Source: an uncultured Opitutia bacterium (GTDB taxonomy: Bacteria > Verrucomicrobiota > Verrucomicrobiia > Opitutales > Opitutaceae). Taken from it: 64,000 bases of DNA. The notes under the pieces are model-generated. The model saw only the letters and a program-made list of their open reading frames with translations, did no database searches and was not told the origin of the DNA. Positions 8,698 through 18,800 of this stretch are shown piece by piece. A program made the translations under genes and the position numbers. The first letter of the stretch is position 1, and the number at the start of each line of letters is the position of its first letter. The DNA lies in assembly GCA_903820035.1 (NCBI GenBank), contig CAIJFT010000286.1, positions 102 through 64,101 of the forward strand. The letters are read 5' to 3'.

Positions 8698-10665
8698 ATG
8701 ATTTTCGTCCGCCACCTCCGTCCGCTCCTCCGCTTCGCCTTCGCCGTGCTGGCCGCCACCCTCGCCGGCGCCGCGCCGGCCCCGCGGCAGATGGAGACCC
8801 TCGGGCGCGGCGTCGTCGCCCTCAAAGCGGAAGACCACAAAATCTTCATCAGCTGGCGCGTCCTCGGCACCGACGCCCCCGCGCTCGCGTTCAACCTTTA
8901 CAGCGCCGCCGACGGCTCGGCTCCGGCCAAACTCAACGCCGCCCCGATCACCGGCGCCACCCACTTCTCCGACACCACCTTCGATCCCGCCCGGGCCAAC
9001 GCCTATTTCGTGCGCCCCGTCCTCGGCGGCGTCGAACAACCCGCGAGCGCCCGCTTTACCGTCGCGGCCGGCGCTCCGGTCCGCCCCTACCTCTCGATCG
9101 CGTTGCAGACGCCCCAAGGCTACACGCCGAACGATGTCTCGGTCGGCGACCTCGACGGCGACGGCGAGTACGAGATCATCCTCCACCAAACCGGCCGCGC
9201 CCGCGACAACTCCCAAGCCGGCGTCACCGACGAGCCGTTGCTCCAGGCCTACAAACTCGACGGCACGCGGCTCTGGACCATCAACCTCGGGAAAAATATC
9301 CGCGAAGGCGCGCATTACACGCAGTTCCTCGTGTACGACCTCGACGGCGACGGCCGCGCCGAAATCGTCTGCAAGACCGCCGACGGCACCGTCGACGGGA
9401 CCGGCCAGGTGATCGGGAACGCCGCCGCCGACTGGCGCACCCAAGGCGATGCGCCGGTCCCTTCCGCGGACAAGACCGGCAGCCGCACCACGCCCGACGG
9501 CAAGCGCGTGGCCTCCCGCGCCGGCTACGTCCTCGCGGGCCCGGAGTACCTCACCGTCTTCGACGGCCGCACCGGCCGCGCCCTGGCCACGACCGACTAC
9601 CTGCCCGCCCGCGGCGACATCAACAACTGGGGTGACGGCTACGGCAACCGCGTCGACCGCTTCCTCGCCTGCGTCGCCTACCTCGACGGCGTGCGCCCGA
9701 GCTTCGTCATGTGCCGCGGCTATTACACGCGCACGACGCTCGCCGCCTGGGATTGGCGTGACGGCAAGCTCACACCTCGCTGGTTTTTCGATAGCGATAA
9801 GTACGGTCCCGCGGATCGCTCCAACCCGTACCGCGGCCAGGGCAACCACAACCTGAGTGTCGCGGACGTCGACGGCGACGGGAAGGACGAGATCATCTAT
9901 GGCGCGATGTGTATCAACAGCGATGGCACGCCCCGGTACACGACCAAGCTCGGTCACGGCGACGCGCTGCACGTTTCCGATCTCGACCCGAACCGCCCCG
10001 GCCTCGAGGTCTTCGACATCCATGAAAACCCGCGCCATCCCTTCGGCCTCGAGTTCCGCGATGCCAACACCGGCGCGCTGATCTGGGGCAAACCCGACGG
10101 CGCGGAGAACGCCCCCGACGTCGGCCGCGGTTGCGCCGTCGACCTCGACCCGCGTTATCCCGGAGCGGAGATGTGGGGCTCAGGCGGACCGCGCGTCCGC
10201 GGCCTTTACAACGTGAAGGGCGAAAAGATTTCCGAGCGCAATCCGTCCTCCTGCAACTTCGCGGTGTGGTGGGACGGCGATCTCCTGCGTGAACTGTTGA
10301 ATTCAAACCGCATCGACAAGTGGAACTGGACCGACGGCACGGAGACCCGCCTGCTCACCGCCGAGGGCTGCACGTCCAACAACGGCACCAAGTCCACGCC
10401 CGCGCTCAGCGCCGATCTCTTCGGTGACTGGCGCGAGGAAGTGATCTGGCGCACGACCGACAACCAGGAACTGCGCATCTATTCCACAACGATCCCCACC
10501 GAACACCGCTTGTATACGCTGATGCACGATCCGCAGTACCGACTGGCGGTCGCCTGGCAAAACGTCGGTTACAACCAACCGCCTCACCCCGGCTTCTTCC
10601 TTGGCGACGGCATGAAGCCCGCCCCCCGACCGAACATCGTCACGGTCCCCGTCAAGGCCCCCTAG
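8698..10665 (+). CDS. Rhamnogalacturonan lyase, PL11 (YesW/YesX-like), secreted
   Basis: Signal peptide; repeated DxDGDG Ca-binding loops; REGAHYTQFLVYDLDGDGRAE, GQGNHNLSVADVDGDGKDEI, NNGTKSTPALSADLFGDWREEV, TLMHDPQYRLAVAWQNVGYNQPPH. Confidence 0.95.
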   Translation: MIFVRHLRPLLRFAFAVLAATLAGAAPAPRQMETLGRGVVALKAEDHKIFISWRVLGTDAPALAFNLYSAADGSAPAKLNAAPITGATHFSDTTFDPARANAYFVRPVLGGVEQPASARFTVAAGAPVRPYLSIALQTPQGYTPNDVSVGDLDGDGEYEIILHQTGRARDNSQAGVTDEPLLQAYKLDGTRLWTINLGKNIREGAHYTQFLVYDLDGDGRAEIVCKTADGTVDGTGQVIGNAAADWRTQGDAPVPSADKTGSRTTPDGKRVASRAGYVLAGPEYLTVFDGRTGRALATTDYLPARGDINNWGDGYGNRVDRFLACVAYLDGVRPSFVMCRGYYTRTTLAAWDWRDGKLTPRWFFDSDKYGPADRSNPYRGQGNHNLSVADVDGDGKDEIIYGAMCINSDGTPRYTTKLGHGDALHVSDLDPNRPGLEVFDIHENPRHPFGLEFRDANTGALIWGKPDGAENAPDVGRGCAVDLDPRYPGAEMWGSGGPRVRGLYNVKGEKISERNPSSCNFAVWWDGDLLRELLNSNRIDKWNWTDGTETRLLTAEGCTSNNGTKSTPALSADLFGDWREEVIWRTTDNQELRIYSTTIPTEHRLYTLMHDPQYRLAVAWQNVGYNQPPHPGFFLGDGMKPAPRPNIVTVPVKAP

Positions 10666-10734
10666 CCTTGGCGTCGCGCAGACTGATTCGCTTGGTTCAC
10701 TTCAGGATAGGGTGCGTTTCGCAGTCCATTACCC

Positions 10735-11178
10735 ACTCCGTGCAATCGGTGGTCTAATCCGGGCGACCCGTTTTAAGGCCGGATCATTTTAACCACAGCG
10801 CGCACCGAGTAGACGGAGTGGATAATACCTCGGACGGCGACGCCCATCAGTCAAAAGCCCCCCGGGCCGGAACCACGACCGCGGCCTTTGGTGTGTTTCG
10901 GGTATTTCTTGGTCCACCCTTCCGACCGGTTCCATCCGCCCTCCGACCAATCCATTTCACGCGGAGCCGCGGAGAACGCGGAGCCCAAGCCACCTGCTCC
11001 CCCGCGGTCTCCGCTCCTCCGCGCCCTCCGCGTGAACCCTTTTTACGCACTGGAGTCCCCACCCCCACTACCACGCCCCCCGCCCGGTCTTCTTCCGTGT
11101 TGTTCCGTGTGTTCCGTGGCCCCCCGGCTTGGTCCGCCGCCTGTCTCCGGCCTTTCGTGTATTTCGTGTGTTTCGCGG
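10735..11178. repeat. Cluster of triple-9-mer repeat arms and hairpins between convergent genes
   Basis: Arms at 10735-10753/10791-10819, 10886-10912, 10956-10983/11009-11036, 11092-11120 and 11152-11178. Confidence 0.85.
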
Positions 11179-11199
11179 TTTCTCCCGGGGTGGAGAAAC
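11178..11199 (-). terminator. Hairpin just downstream of the TBDR stop (possible terminator)
   Basis: gtttctcc-cggggt-ggagaaac, 8-bp stem; no clear U-tract. Confidence 0.4.
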
Positions 11200-11216
11200 A
11201 CCGACCGCGCCTCGCC

Positions 11217-14210
11217 TCAGAACCGACCGTTGATGCCGCCACTGATCGTCACGAAGTTGACGAGGGTGCGCTGGGTGCGGTCCTTCGGACCGCGGTAGAA
11301 GACTTGGGGCTCGTTGAAGATGTTCGCGGCATCGAGGCTCAGGCTCACACTCGGACGCACCTGGTAGGAGACGCCGACGTTCGTGGTCTTCATGGATTGC
11401 CGATAGAGACGCAGCGCCGGGGTGGCGTTATAGCTCGTGATGTATTCTCCCGTGAAGTTGTAGAGGATACGCGTGCTGAAATTACGATGGCGCCACGACA
11501 GCGAGGCGTTGGCCGCATGCGGGATGAATCCGGCCACATCGCGGCGAGTGAGGTAGGTCGTGCCGGTGTAGTTGCCGTGCGTGTCGATCCAGGTGTAGTT
11601 GAACGAACCGGCCAACCCCTTGAGCACGCCGGGCAAGAAGGTGAACTGCTGCCGGTAGGAAAATTCCCAGCCCTGCGCGATCGCGGAGTTGGCGTTGACG
11701 GAGCTGATTTCGGTCCAGCCCCCGTACTCGCCGTCGTAGCCGTTGCCCGGCCCGGTGCCGATGACGCCGACCTCTTGGTTACTGATAATATAGTCGCGGA
11801 TTTCTTTGTGGAACCAGCCGAGCGAGATCTGACCGACGGGCTCGAAATAATACTCGAGGCCGAGGTCCCAGGTGCGGGCGGTTTGCGGTTTGAGGCCGGG
11901 GTTGGCGATGGTCACGCGGCGGTTGGCCTCGTCGGGCGTCTCGGCGGGCAGGAAGTTGCCGAGGTCGGCGCGGCCGAAGCTCGTCGAGTACGCCGCGCGG
12001 AACTTGAGGTTGGTCGTGAGATCGTGAAACGCGTGGATGCTCGGGAACGCCTTCCGGTAGTCGGCGCTGAGCTTGCGGTCGTTGTTCGCGTAATCGCGTT
12101 GGGCGGAGCCCACGGGATCGGCCACCTGTTGCGCCGCGCTGCTCAACACCCGCGCGCGGACCCAGCCCCAGCTGTCCACGGTGGTGTCCTCCACGCGGAC
12201 GCCGCCGAGAAAGCCGGTGCGGCCCAGAAAGCCCTCGGTGCCGAGCCGGCCCTGGGTCATGGCGTAGGCGGCGGAGGCCGTCTCGGTCAGCCCGCGGGTG
12301 GCGGTGAATTTCTGCGTCTCGTTATAGTAGCGATCCTCCACCCAGAGCGAGGAGTTGAGGGGCCGGCGCTGGTCCATGAACGCATTGGAATACCAGCGGG
12401 GAAACACGAAGCCGGTCTCGCGGGCGTTGTAGATGCCGATCGTGGGATCCGTGGGGAGCGCGGGCCCGTTGGCGAGGTAGGACCAGCGGTGGTTGTCCTT
12501 GCCCCAGATATCGAGCACCTGCTCGCGCCAGGAGACGCCGGCCTTGAGATAGAGGGGCGTGGAGACCGGCAACTGGTAGCGGGCATTGAAACGAGCCTGC
12601 GAGAGCTGCTGGTCGTTCTGGTTGTTGCCATTGACCAGACCGTTGGCGATCGGGCGGTAGAGGCTGCCGTCGCGGATATCCGGCCCGCCGTTTTGCGTGA
12701 AGCGAGGGAACAGGTCGGAGTTGGTCCGATCGATGATCCAGCCGGCGCCGGCGAGGCGCATCGTGAGAGAGCCCGAGGTGCCGTCGCCGTTGTTGAGATG
12801 CGTGTAGCCGATACCGGCGGTGTAATCGATCTGCCAGTTGCGGTACTCGTGGTCGCCGGTAAAATCAGCCCGGCGCGTACGCACGACATAATTGCGCGGG
12901 CCGTCGATCAGGATGTCGACGTTGTTGGCGGCGACGGGCCGGATCGTGGTCACGCGATCATTGAAGGCGCCAGGCACGACGCCGGTGGTGGCGCTCGGGA
13001 CGGTGGTGGCGCTGCCGGTGTAAGCGCGCGCCTCCATGCGGCGGCGGAAGCGCTCGATATTGTTGTTGCCGAGCAACGTCACCGAGAAGCGCGAGGTCGG
13101 CGACCAGCGGTAGTCGGTGCGGAGACTGAGGCTCGACTGCTTGCGGTTGTTGAAATTATCCCAGACGCGGTAGTCCCAGATATAGGCCTCGGGTGCGGGC
13201 GTATTTTGGTAGTCGAAAGTCGTGCTGGTGCCGCCGACGGCGTTTTCGCTGTAGAAGGCGTTAACCGCGACGGCGAGGTTGCGCGTGCCGCCGAAGACAT
13301 CGAATAGTTCCTGGTGGGCGATGTTGGCGAGCGGATGGGAGCGGTGCTGCTCGCGGATGGGAACTTGTTCAAAGAAGGGCGGCGCCCAACGTCCGGTCAG
13401 ACTGTAGGTCGTGCGGCGCTTTTCGCGCATGCTCAGGGGCGAGCGGGTCTTCAGGTTGAGCGTGGCACCCAGCGAATCGGCGCCCTGGTCGGGCCGGTGG
13501 CCCTTGGTGAGTTCAAGTGCCTCGAACATGGTGCCGGTGATGCTTTGCAGCTCGAAGGCCCGACTGGTGCCGAGGCTTGGCATCAGACCGCCGTCGACCG
13601 TCACCGTGTTCAGTCCCGGGGCCATGCCCCGCATGTTGAACTGATAGTTGAGACCCTCGTCGGTCGGGCTGCCGGCGACGCCGGGGAGGCGCATCACGAC
13701 TTCGCCCGCGCTCATGTTCGGCAGGTTGCCGAACGAATCCATCGCGACCACATTCTTGAGCGTCTCCGAGTTGCGCTGGCTCGTGAGCGCGACGGCTTCG
13801 CCTTCGCGGGCGCCGGTAACCTTGAAGGCCTCCAATTTGTAGATCCCGGTCGTGAGGTCAAAGTTGCGGTCGGCGCGCGCGCCATCGGCGAGGGTCACCT
13901 GCACGCGCGCGGCGTCCAGGCCGATGTAGGACACCAACAGTTCATGCGTGCCGGCCGGCAGGCCGCTGAGCACATAACGGCCGGTCTCGTCCGCGAGCGC
14001 CGAGCGGCCGAGCGCGGGCACCTGCACGCGCGCGCCTTCCAGCAGGTTGCCGGTGGCGGCATTGCTGACGGTGCCGGCAATGACGCCGTTGTCGGCGGCG
14101 AATGCGGTCGGGCGGGCGCCCAACACCGCGCAGGCGGCGAGCAGGACGGCGAACGCGGCGGAGCGCACACGCACGGCGGGACGGGAACACAGGAAGGCAC
14201 GGGGATTCAT
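11217..14210 (-). CDS. TonB-dependent receptor with carboxypeptidase-regulatory-like N-domain
   Basis: 997 aa from ATG 14210 (MNPRAFL...AADNGVIAGTVSNAATGNLLEGARV); EGEAVALTSQRNSETLKNVVAMDSFG plug motif; NPGLKPQ; C-terminal INGRF. Confidence 0.93.
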   Translation of the reverse strand: MNPRAFLCSRPAVRVRSAAFAVLLAACAVLGARPTAFAADNGVIAGTVSNAATGNLLEGARVQVPALGRSALADETGRYVLSGLPAGTHELLVSYIGLDAARVQVTLADGARADRNFDLTTGIYKLEAFKVTGAREGEAVALTSQRNSETLKNVVAMDSFGNLPNMSAGEVVMRLPGVAGSPTDEGLNYQFNMRGMAPGLNTVTVDGGLMPSLGTSRAFELQSITGTMFEALELTKGHRPDQGADSLGATLNLKTRSPLSMREKRRTTYSLTGRWAPPFFEQVPIREQHRSHPLANIAHQELFDVFGGTRNLAVAVNAFYSENAVGGTSTTFDYQNTPAPEAYIWDYRVWDNFNNRKQSSLSLRTDYRWSPTSRFSVTLLGNNNIERFRRRMEARAYTGSATTVPSATTGVVPGAFNDRVTTIRPVAANNVDILIDGPRNYVVRTRRADFTGDHEYRNWQIDYTAGIGYTHLNNGDGTSGSLTMRLAGAGWIIDRTNSDLFPRFTQNGGPDIRDGSLYRPIANGLVNGNNQNDQQLSQARFNARYQLPVSTPLYLKAGVSWREQVLDIWGKDNHRWSYLANGPALPTDPTIGIYNARETGFVFPRWYSNAFMDQRRPLNSSLWVEDRYYNETQKFTATRGLTETASAAYAMTQGRLGTEGFLGRTGFLGGVRVEDTTVDSWGWVRARVLSSAAQQVADPVGSAQRDYANNDRKLSADYRKAFPSIHAFHDLTTNLKFRAAYSTSFGRADLGNFLPAETPDEANRRVTIANPGLKPQTARTWDLGLEYYFEPVGQISLGWFHKEIRDYIISNQEVGVIGTGPGNGYDGEYGGWTEISSVNANSAIAQGWEFSYRQQFTFLPGVLKGLAGSFNYTWIDTHGNYTGTTYLTRRDVAGFIPHAANASLSWRHRNFSTRILYNFTGEYITSYNATPALRLYRQSMKTTNVGVSYQVRPSVSLSLDAANIFNEPQVFYRGPKDRTQRTLVNFVTISGGINGRF

Positions 14211-14490
14211 GCTTTGCACGGGGGGTTGGGGTGAAATAACCGAGCAGCCGGAGGAAAAACCAGGGGGAAGAAAAACCGGCTGAGACGCGAGGGAAGGTCC
14301 TCTGCGGGAGATGTTTCTTTCCCAAAAACTCGCAAAGCTAAACTGCGCGAACGATTCCCGCTCGGGCCGTGACGGGGTGCGCGAAGCAGAAAGCGTGGTC
14401 GGTGGGCGAACCGTTTTGACCCAAGCCGGCGTACTCACTCGATCTACTCCCAGGCCGCGTCGCTTCCCTGTATTCCGCTGAACGATCCGG

Positions 14491-14583
14491 CACTTGACCC
14501 TTGTCACTTGCCCCCTCGCCCCCACCCCTCTCCCCTTCCCCTTCCCCTTCACTCGCGCTTTCCCCTTCACTCGCCCTTTCCCT
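14491..14583. repeat. Pyrimidine-rich tandem repeats upstream of sbcD
   Basis: 7-mer triplet cacttga-cccttgt-cacttgc (14491-14511); 18-nt direct repeat ttccccttcactcgc(g/c)ct twice (14542-14577). Confidence 0.7.
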
Positions 14584-14590
14584 CCCCGTC

Positions 14591-15823
14591 ATGTCCACCC
14601 GCATTCTCCACACCGCCGACTGGCATCTGGGTGCGCGGCTGATCGAGTGCGACCGGCACGCGGAGCATGAGGCGTTCGTCGCGTGGCTGTTGCCCCAACT
14701 CGTCGCGTTGCGGCCGGATCTGTTAATCATCGCGGGCGACATCTTCGATAGCGCCAATCCGCCACAGGAAGCCCTCACGCTTTACTACACCTTCCTCAGC
14801 GAACTCGCGCGCAAGGTGAAGTGCCGCACGCTGATCTTGGGTGGCAACCACGACTCGCCGGCCACGCTGCACGCGCCGCGCGAGATCCTGCGCGCCCTCG
14901 ACGTGCACGTCGTCGCCGCGCCGCCGGCTGATCCCGCGGCGGCATTGTTGGAGTTGTCCGACGCCGTGGTCTGCGCCGTCCCCTACCTCCGCGAACGCGA
15001 CGTCCGCACCGCCCAGCCCGGGCAGTCCGCCGATCTGGTCGCCGCCGCCATCCGCGAGGGCATCGGCCGGCACTACGCGGACATCCTCGCGCGCGCCCGG
15101 GCGATCGCGGGCGACCGCGTCATCGTGGGCACCGGCCATCTCACGGCGACCGGCAGCACCGCGAGCCCGAGCGAACGCACCATCCACATCGGCAACCTGG
15201 GCGCGGTCGACGCGGCGTGTTTCACCGGCTTCGCCTACACGGCGCTCGGCCACATCCACCGGCCGCAACGCGTCGGGGCCGGCAACTCCGTGCGCTACGC
15301 CGGCTCGCCGATCCCGCTGAGTTTCTCCGAGGTCGACCTGCCCAAGGAGTTTCGCGTGATCGATATCGCCGGCGGACAACTCACGCAGCACGCCGTCGCC
15401 ATCCCGGAATTTCGTCCGCTCCGCCGGCTCACCGCGAGCGTGGCCACGCTCGCGGCCGAACTCGCGCGCCACCAGGGCACCGCCGGCGGTGTGCTCGAGC
15501 CATGGGTGGAATTGACGGTGACGGACGGCCGCACCTGTCCCGATCTCGACCGCCAGGTCCGCGAGGCCGCCGCCCCGCTCCGGCTGCGCGTCCTCAAGGT
15601 CCTCACCCCGGCGCCCGCCGCCGGCGCCGGCGGGGCCGACGCCGCGCCCCCCCCGCGCTCGCTCACCGAGCTCCGCCCCGAAGACGTATTTGCCGAACGC
15701 TTACGACGCGAAACGATCGATCCGGCGTCCCCCGAGAGCATCGCCCTCACGCAGACGTTTCACGAACTCCTCGGCGGATTGTACGACACCGCGCCCGCCA
15801 TCCCGCCGGAGGCCGCGCCGTGA
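14591..15823 (+). CDS. sbcD: SbcCD nuclease subunit D (Mre11-like)
   Basis: HTADWHLG, AGDIFD, GNHDS, LGHIHRPQ, YAGSPIPLSFSE; ATG 14591; GTGA overlap with sbcC. Confidence 0.95.
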   Translation: MSTRILHTADWHLGARLIECDRHAEHEAFVAWLLPQLVALRPDLLIIAGDIFDSANPPQEALTLYYTFLSELARKVKCRTLILGGNHDSPATLHAPREILRALDVHVVAAPPADPAAALLELSDAVVCAVPYLRERDVRTAQPGQSADLVAAAIREGIGRHYADILARARAIAGDRVIVGTGHLTATGSTASPSERTIHIGNLGAVDAACFTGFAYTALGHIHRPQRVGAGNSVRYAGSPIPLSFSEVDLPKEFRVIDIAGGQLTQHAVAIPEFRPLRRLTASVATLAAELARHQGTAGGVLEPWVELTVTDGRTCPDLDRQVREAAAPLRLRVLKVLTPAPAAGAGGADAAPPPRSLTELRPEDVFAERLRRETIDPASPESIALTQTFHELLGGLYDTAPAIPPEAAP

Positions 15824-18800
15824 AAATTCTCCGCCTGCGCCTGACCAACCTAAACTCGTTGCGCGGCAGCAACGAGGTCGATTTCACGCAGCCACCGCTC
15901 GCGCACGCGGGACTCTTCGCGATCACTGGGCCGACCGGGGCGGGCAAGAGCACGTTGTTGGACGCGATCACGCTCGCACTCTACGGCCGCGTCGCGCGCT
16001 ACGGCTCGATGCCGAGTCCCGATGCCGTGATGAGCCGGCACACCGGGGAGTGCTCCGCCGAAGTCGAGTTCGCCTGCGCGGCCGGCGAGTTCCGCAGCGT
16101 CTGGCAACTGCAGCGCGCGCGGAAGAAGGCCGATGGCAAGATCCAGCAGGCCAAGCGCCGCGTAATCGCGTTGCCCGCGGAAACCATCATCGCCGAAAGC
16201 ATCAAGGAGACCGACGCCACGATCCTCGAGTTGACCGGCCTCGATTACGACCGGTTTCTCCGCTCGGTGTTGCTCGCGCAGGGCGACTTCGCGACGTTTC
16301 TCAAGGCGGGCGCCAAGGAGCGCACCGATCTCCTGCAACAGGTAACCGGCACTGTCGTTTACGAGGACATCTCCCGGGCCGCGTTCCGCCGCGCCGCCGA
16401 CGCTGAACAGGCCCTCGCCACTCTGCGCCGCGAACAGGACGCGGTGACCCTCCTGGACCCCGAACAACGCCGGCAGCACGAGGCCCACCTTGCCACGCAA
16501 CTTGAGCGCCTGCGGCAGTTACAGGAACTCGCCCCGACCCTCACCCGCAGGATCGACGAAGCGCGCCGGTGGCTCGACGTGGAACGCGCCACGCGACAGC
16601 TGCAGGCGGATCAAGCCGCGCACGATCAAGCCTGTCAGGACGACGCCCCGAACCTCGCACGCCTGACCCAACACGAAAAGGCCGCGCCGTTTATCGCCGA
16701 CCTCACCACCCTCGATCACTTCGCCCGCGACGATGAAAAGGACGTGACCGCACGCCGCGAACTCGACGCCAACGCGCCGCAACGACTCCAGACCGTTCAA
16801 ACCGCCCAAACCGCCGCGCAGGAGGCCCATGACACTCTGACGCGGGAGACGGAGCAGATGACCGGGCTCCGCGTCCTTTGGACCGAAGTCATTGAACTCG
16901 ACCGGGTGCTCGCCACCGCGCGCGAGGCGCTGCGCCAAGTGGAAAGCCAACACGCGGAAGCCGGAACCCGACTCACCGCAACGTCCACGGCCCAGGCGGC
17001 GTCCGCCGCGGCCTTACAGCGTACAACCGCCGAGCACCTGACCGCGTCCGGCTGGCTCAACCAACATCCGCTCGACGCCACCCTGACCGCGCAGTTGCCG
17101 GAGATTCAGGCGGCGCACGCCCGCTGGCAGGCCGCCGAAGAGGCCGGCGTGGGTACAGACAAGAAACTCGAGCTCGGGCAGGCGGAGCTCAAACGCGTAG
17201 AAATCGCCGTCGGCCGAATCGAGGAGATCCTCGCGCCGCTGCGCACCGCGCTCGCCAAGGCTAACACGGCCGTGACGACCGCAGTCGCGGCCGTCGAGGT
17301 CGCCGGCGAGCAGCAGCCGCTCAGCGAATTGGAAACCCGGCGCGATCGCACCCGCGACCGCCGGCAGGCGCTGGATAAACTCGCGGGCGAAGCCGCGCAC
17401 CTTCGCAAACAAACGGCTGAGCTGGCGACGGTTCGCCGGAACGCCGGCGTCACGACTGAACTGCTCCGTCAGGGCGCCGCCGCCATCACTCAACTCACGC
17501 AGAATCAGGACGCCGCAGCGGCTCTGCTGCAGGCCCATCGCGTGACGTTATCGTTCGCCGAGAAGGTCCAGTCGTTGGAAAGTCACCGGACCACCCTGCG
17601 CGACAACGAACCGTGCCCCCTATGCGGTGGAGTCCATCACCCGTATGTCAGCACTTCGGATACGCCGGCCCGCAGCGTGGCCGCGGTCCGCGGGCAGGTG
17701 GCAGCGGCCGAAGCGGCGTGCCTGGAAACCCGGCAGCAGCTGGGCGCCGCGGAGAATCTGCGCGCCTCGCACCTCGGAACCGAAAAGCGCCACGCGGCCG
17801 ACGACGCCAAGCTCACGGCCGAAATCACCCGTCTCACGACCGACTGGAATTCAGCCGCCGAGCCCCACGGGCTTGAGGGCCAATGGCAGGACGAAGCGCG
17901 CCTGACCGCCGAAATCGCGACCGCCCGAACGGAGGAGAGCCGCCGGGACACGCAGCTCCTCGCGGTGCGCACCGCCGAGAACCTCCTCACGGCCGCGCGC
18001 CGGGAAGCCCAGAACGCACTAACCAACTTTGTGGAGCAGGACACCGAGGGCCAGAAACAGTCCACGCTGCTCAAGCACCTGCGGGAGCAGTGGCCGTCCC
18101 TTGAAGACGCCCTCGCCGAGCAACGCCGGCGCGCCGTCGCCGCCAGAGATGCGTTGGCGCAATTGACCTCCGCTTATGTCCCGTCGGAGCCAGGCGCTGC
18201 GCCCACGGCCGGACTGCTTGCCACGTTGAACGAACGGGCCACCACGTACACCCGCCACCAGCAAGCCGTCAGCGATCTGTTCGCTAAAGTTGAAAAATTA
18301 CGCGCGACGTTCGACGGCTGCGCCCAGCAGTTCGAGCAGGCGCAGGCCAGCGTCGAGGCCGCGGCGCGCAAGGTCGCCGCGGCCGGGCAAGAGGTCGAGC
18401 GACAGGACCGCCAGCGTCAGGAGAAGTTTGGCCAACGCGTCGTCGCCGAGGCGCAGCGCATTGCCGACACCGCGCTGCAAAACGCCCGGAGCGCGGCTGA
18501 CTCGAAACGAAAGGAGTCCGAAGCCTGTCGCCAGAAGCAAGAGTCGGCCGCCAAGGAGCAAGCCCGCCTCACGGAGGCGATCGCTGCCCGGAGCGCGCCG
18601 CGCGCGCAGATCGCGGCGCGCCTGCAAGCCGGCGCCGTCGCGGCTGGCTTCGGCGACGGGTCGGCCATCCGGTCCGCCCTACTCGATCCGACGGCGGTCA
18701 CCGTACTGGGGGCCCGCCGCGCCCACTTGGATGACCGCCGCACCGTGCTCAAAACCCAAGCGGAAGGCCTCGCCACCCAGCGCCGCCAACTGCCGCCGGC

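Noticed and set aside
10735-11178. Possible CRISPR array
   Set aside because: Repeats are imperfect, of different types and orientations, with no regular spacers and no cas genes.
10847-11242. ORF with TKHTKYTK / PRNTRN / SPRLRV peptides
   Set aside because: These are translations of the 9-mer DNA repeats, not evidence for a protein.
6814-13307. Long opposite-strand ORFs (6814-8451, 8452-10038, 10818-13307)
   Set aside because: Shadows of iorB, the PL11 lyase and the TBDR; no recognisable motifs.
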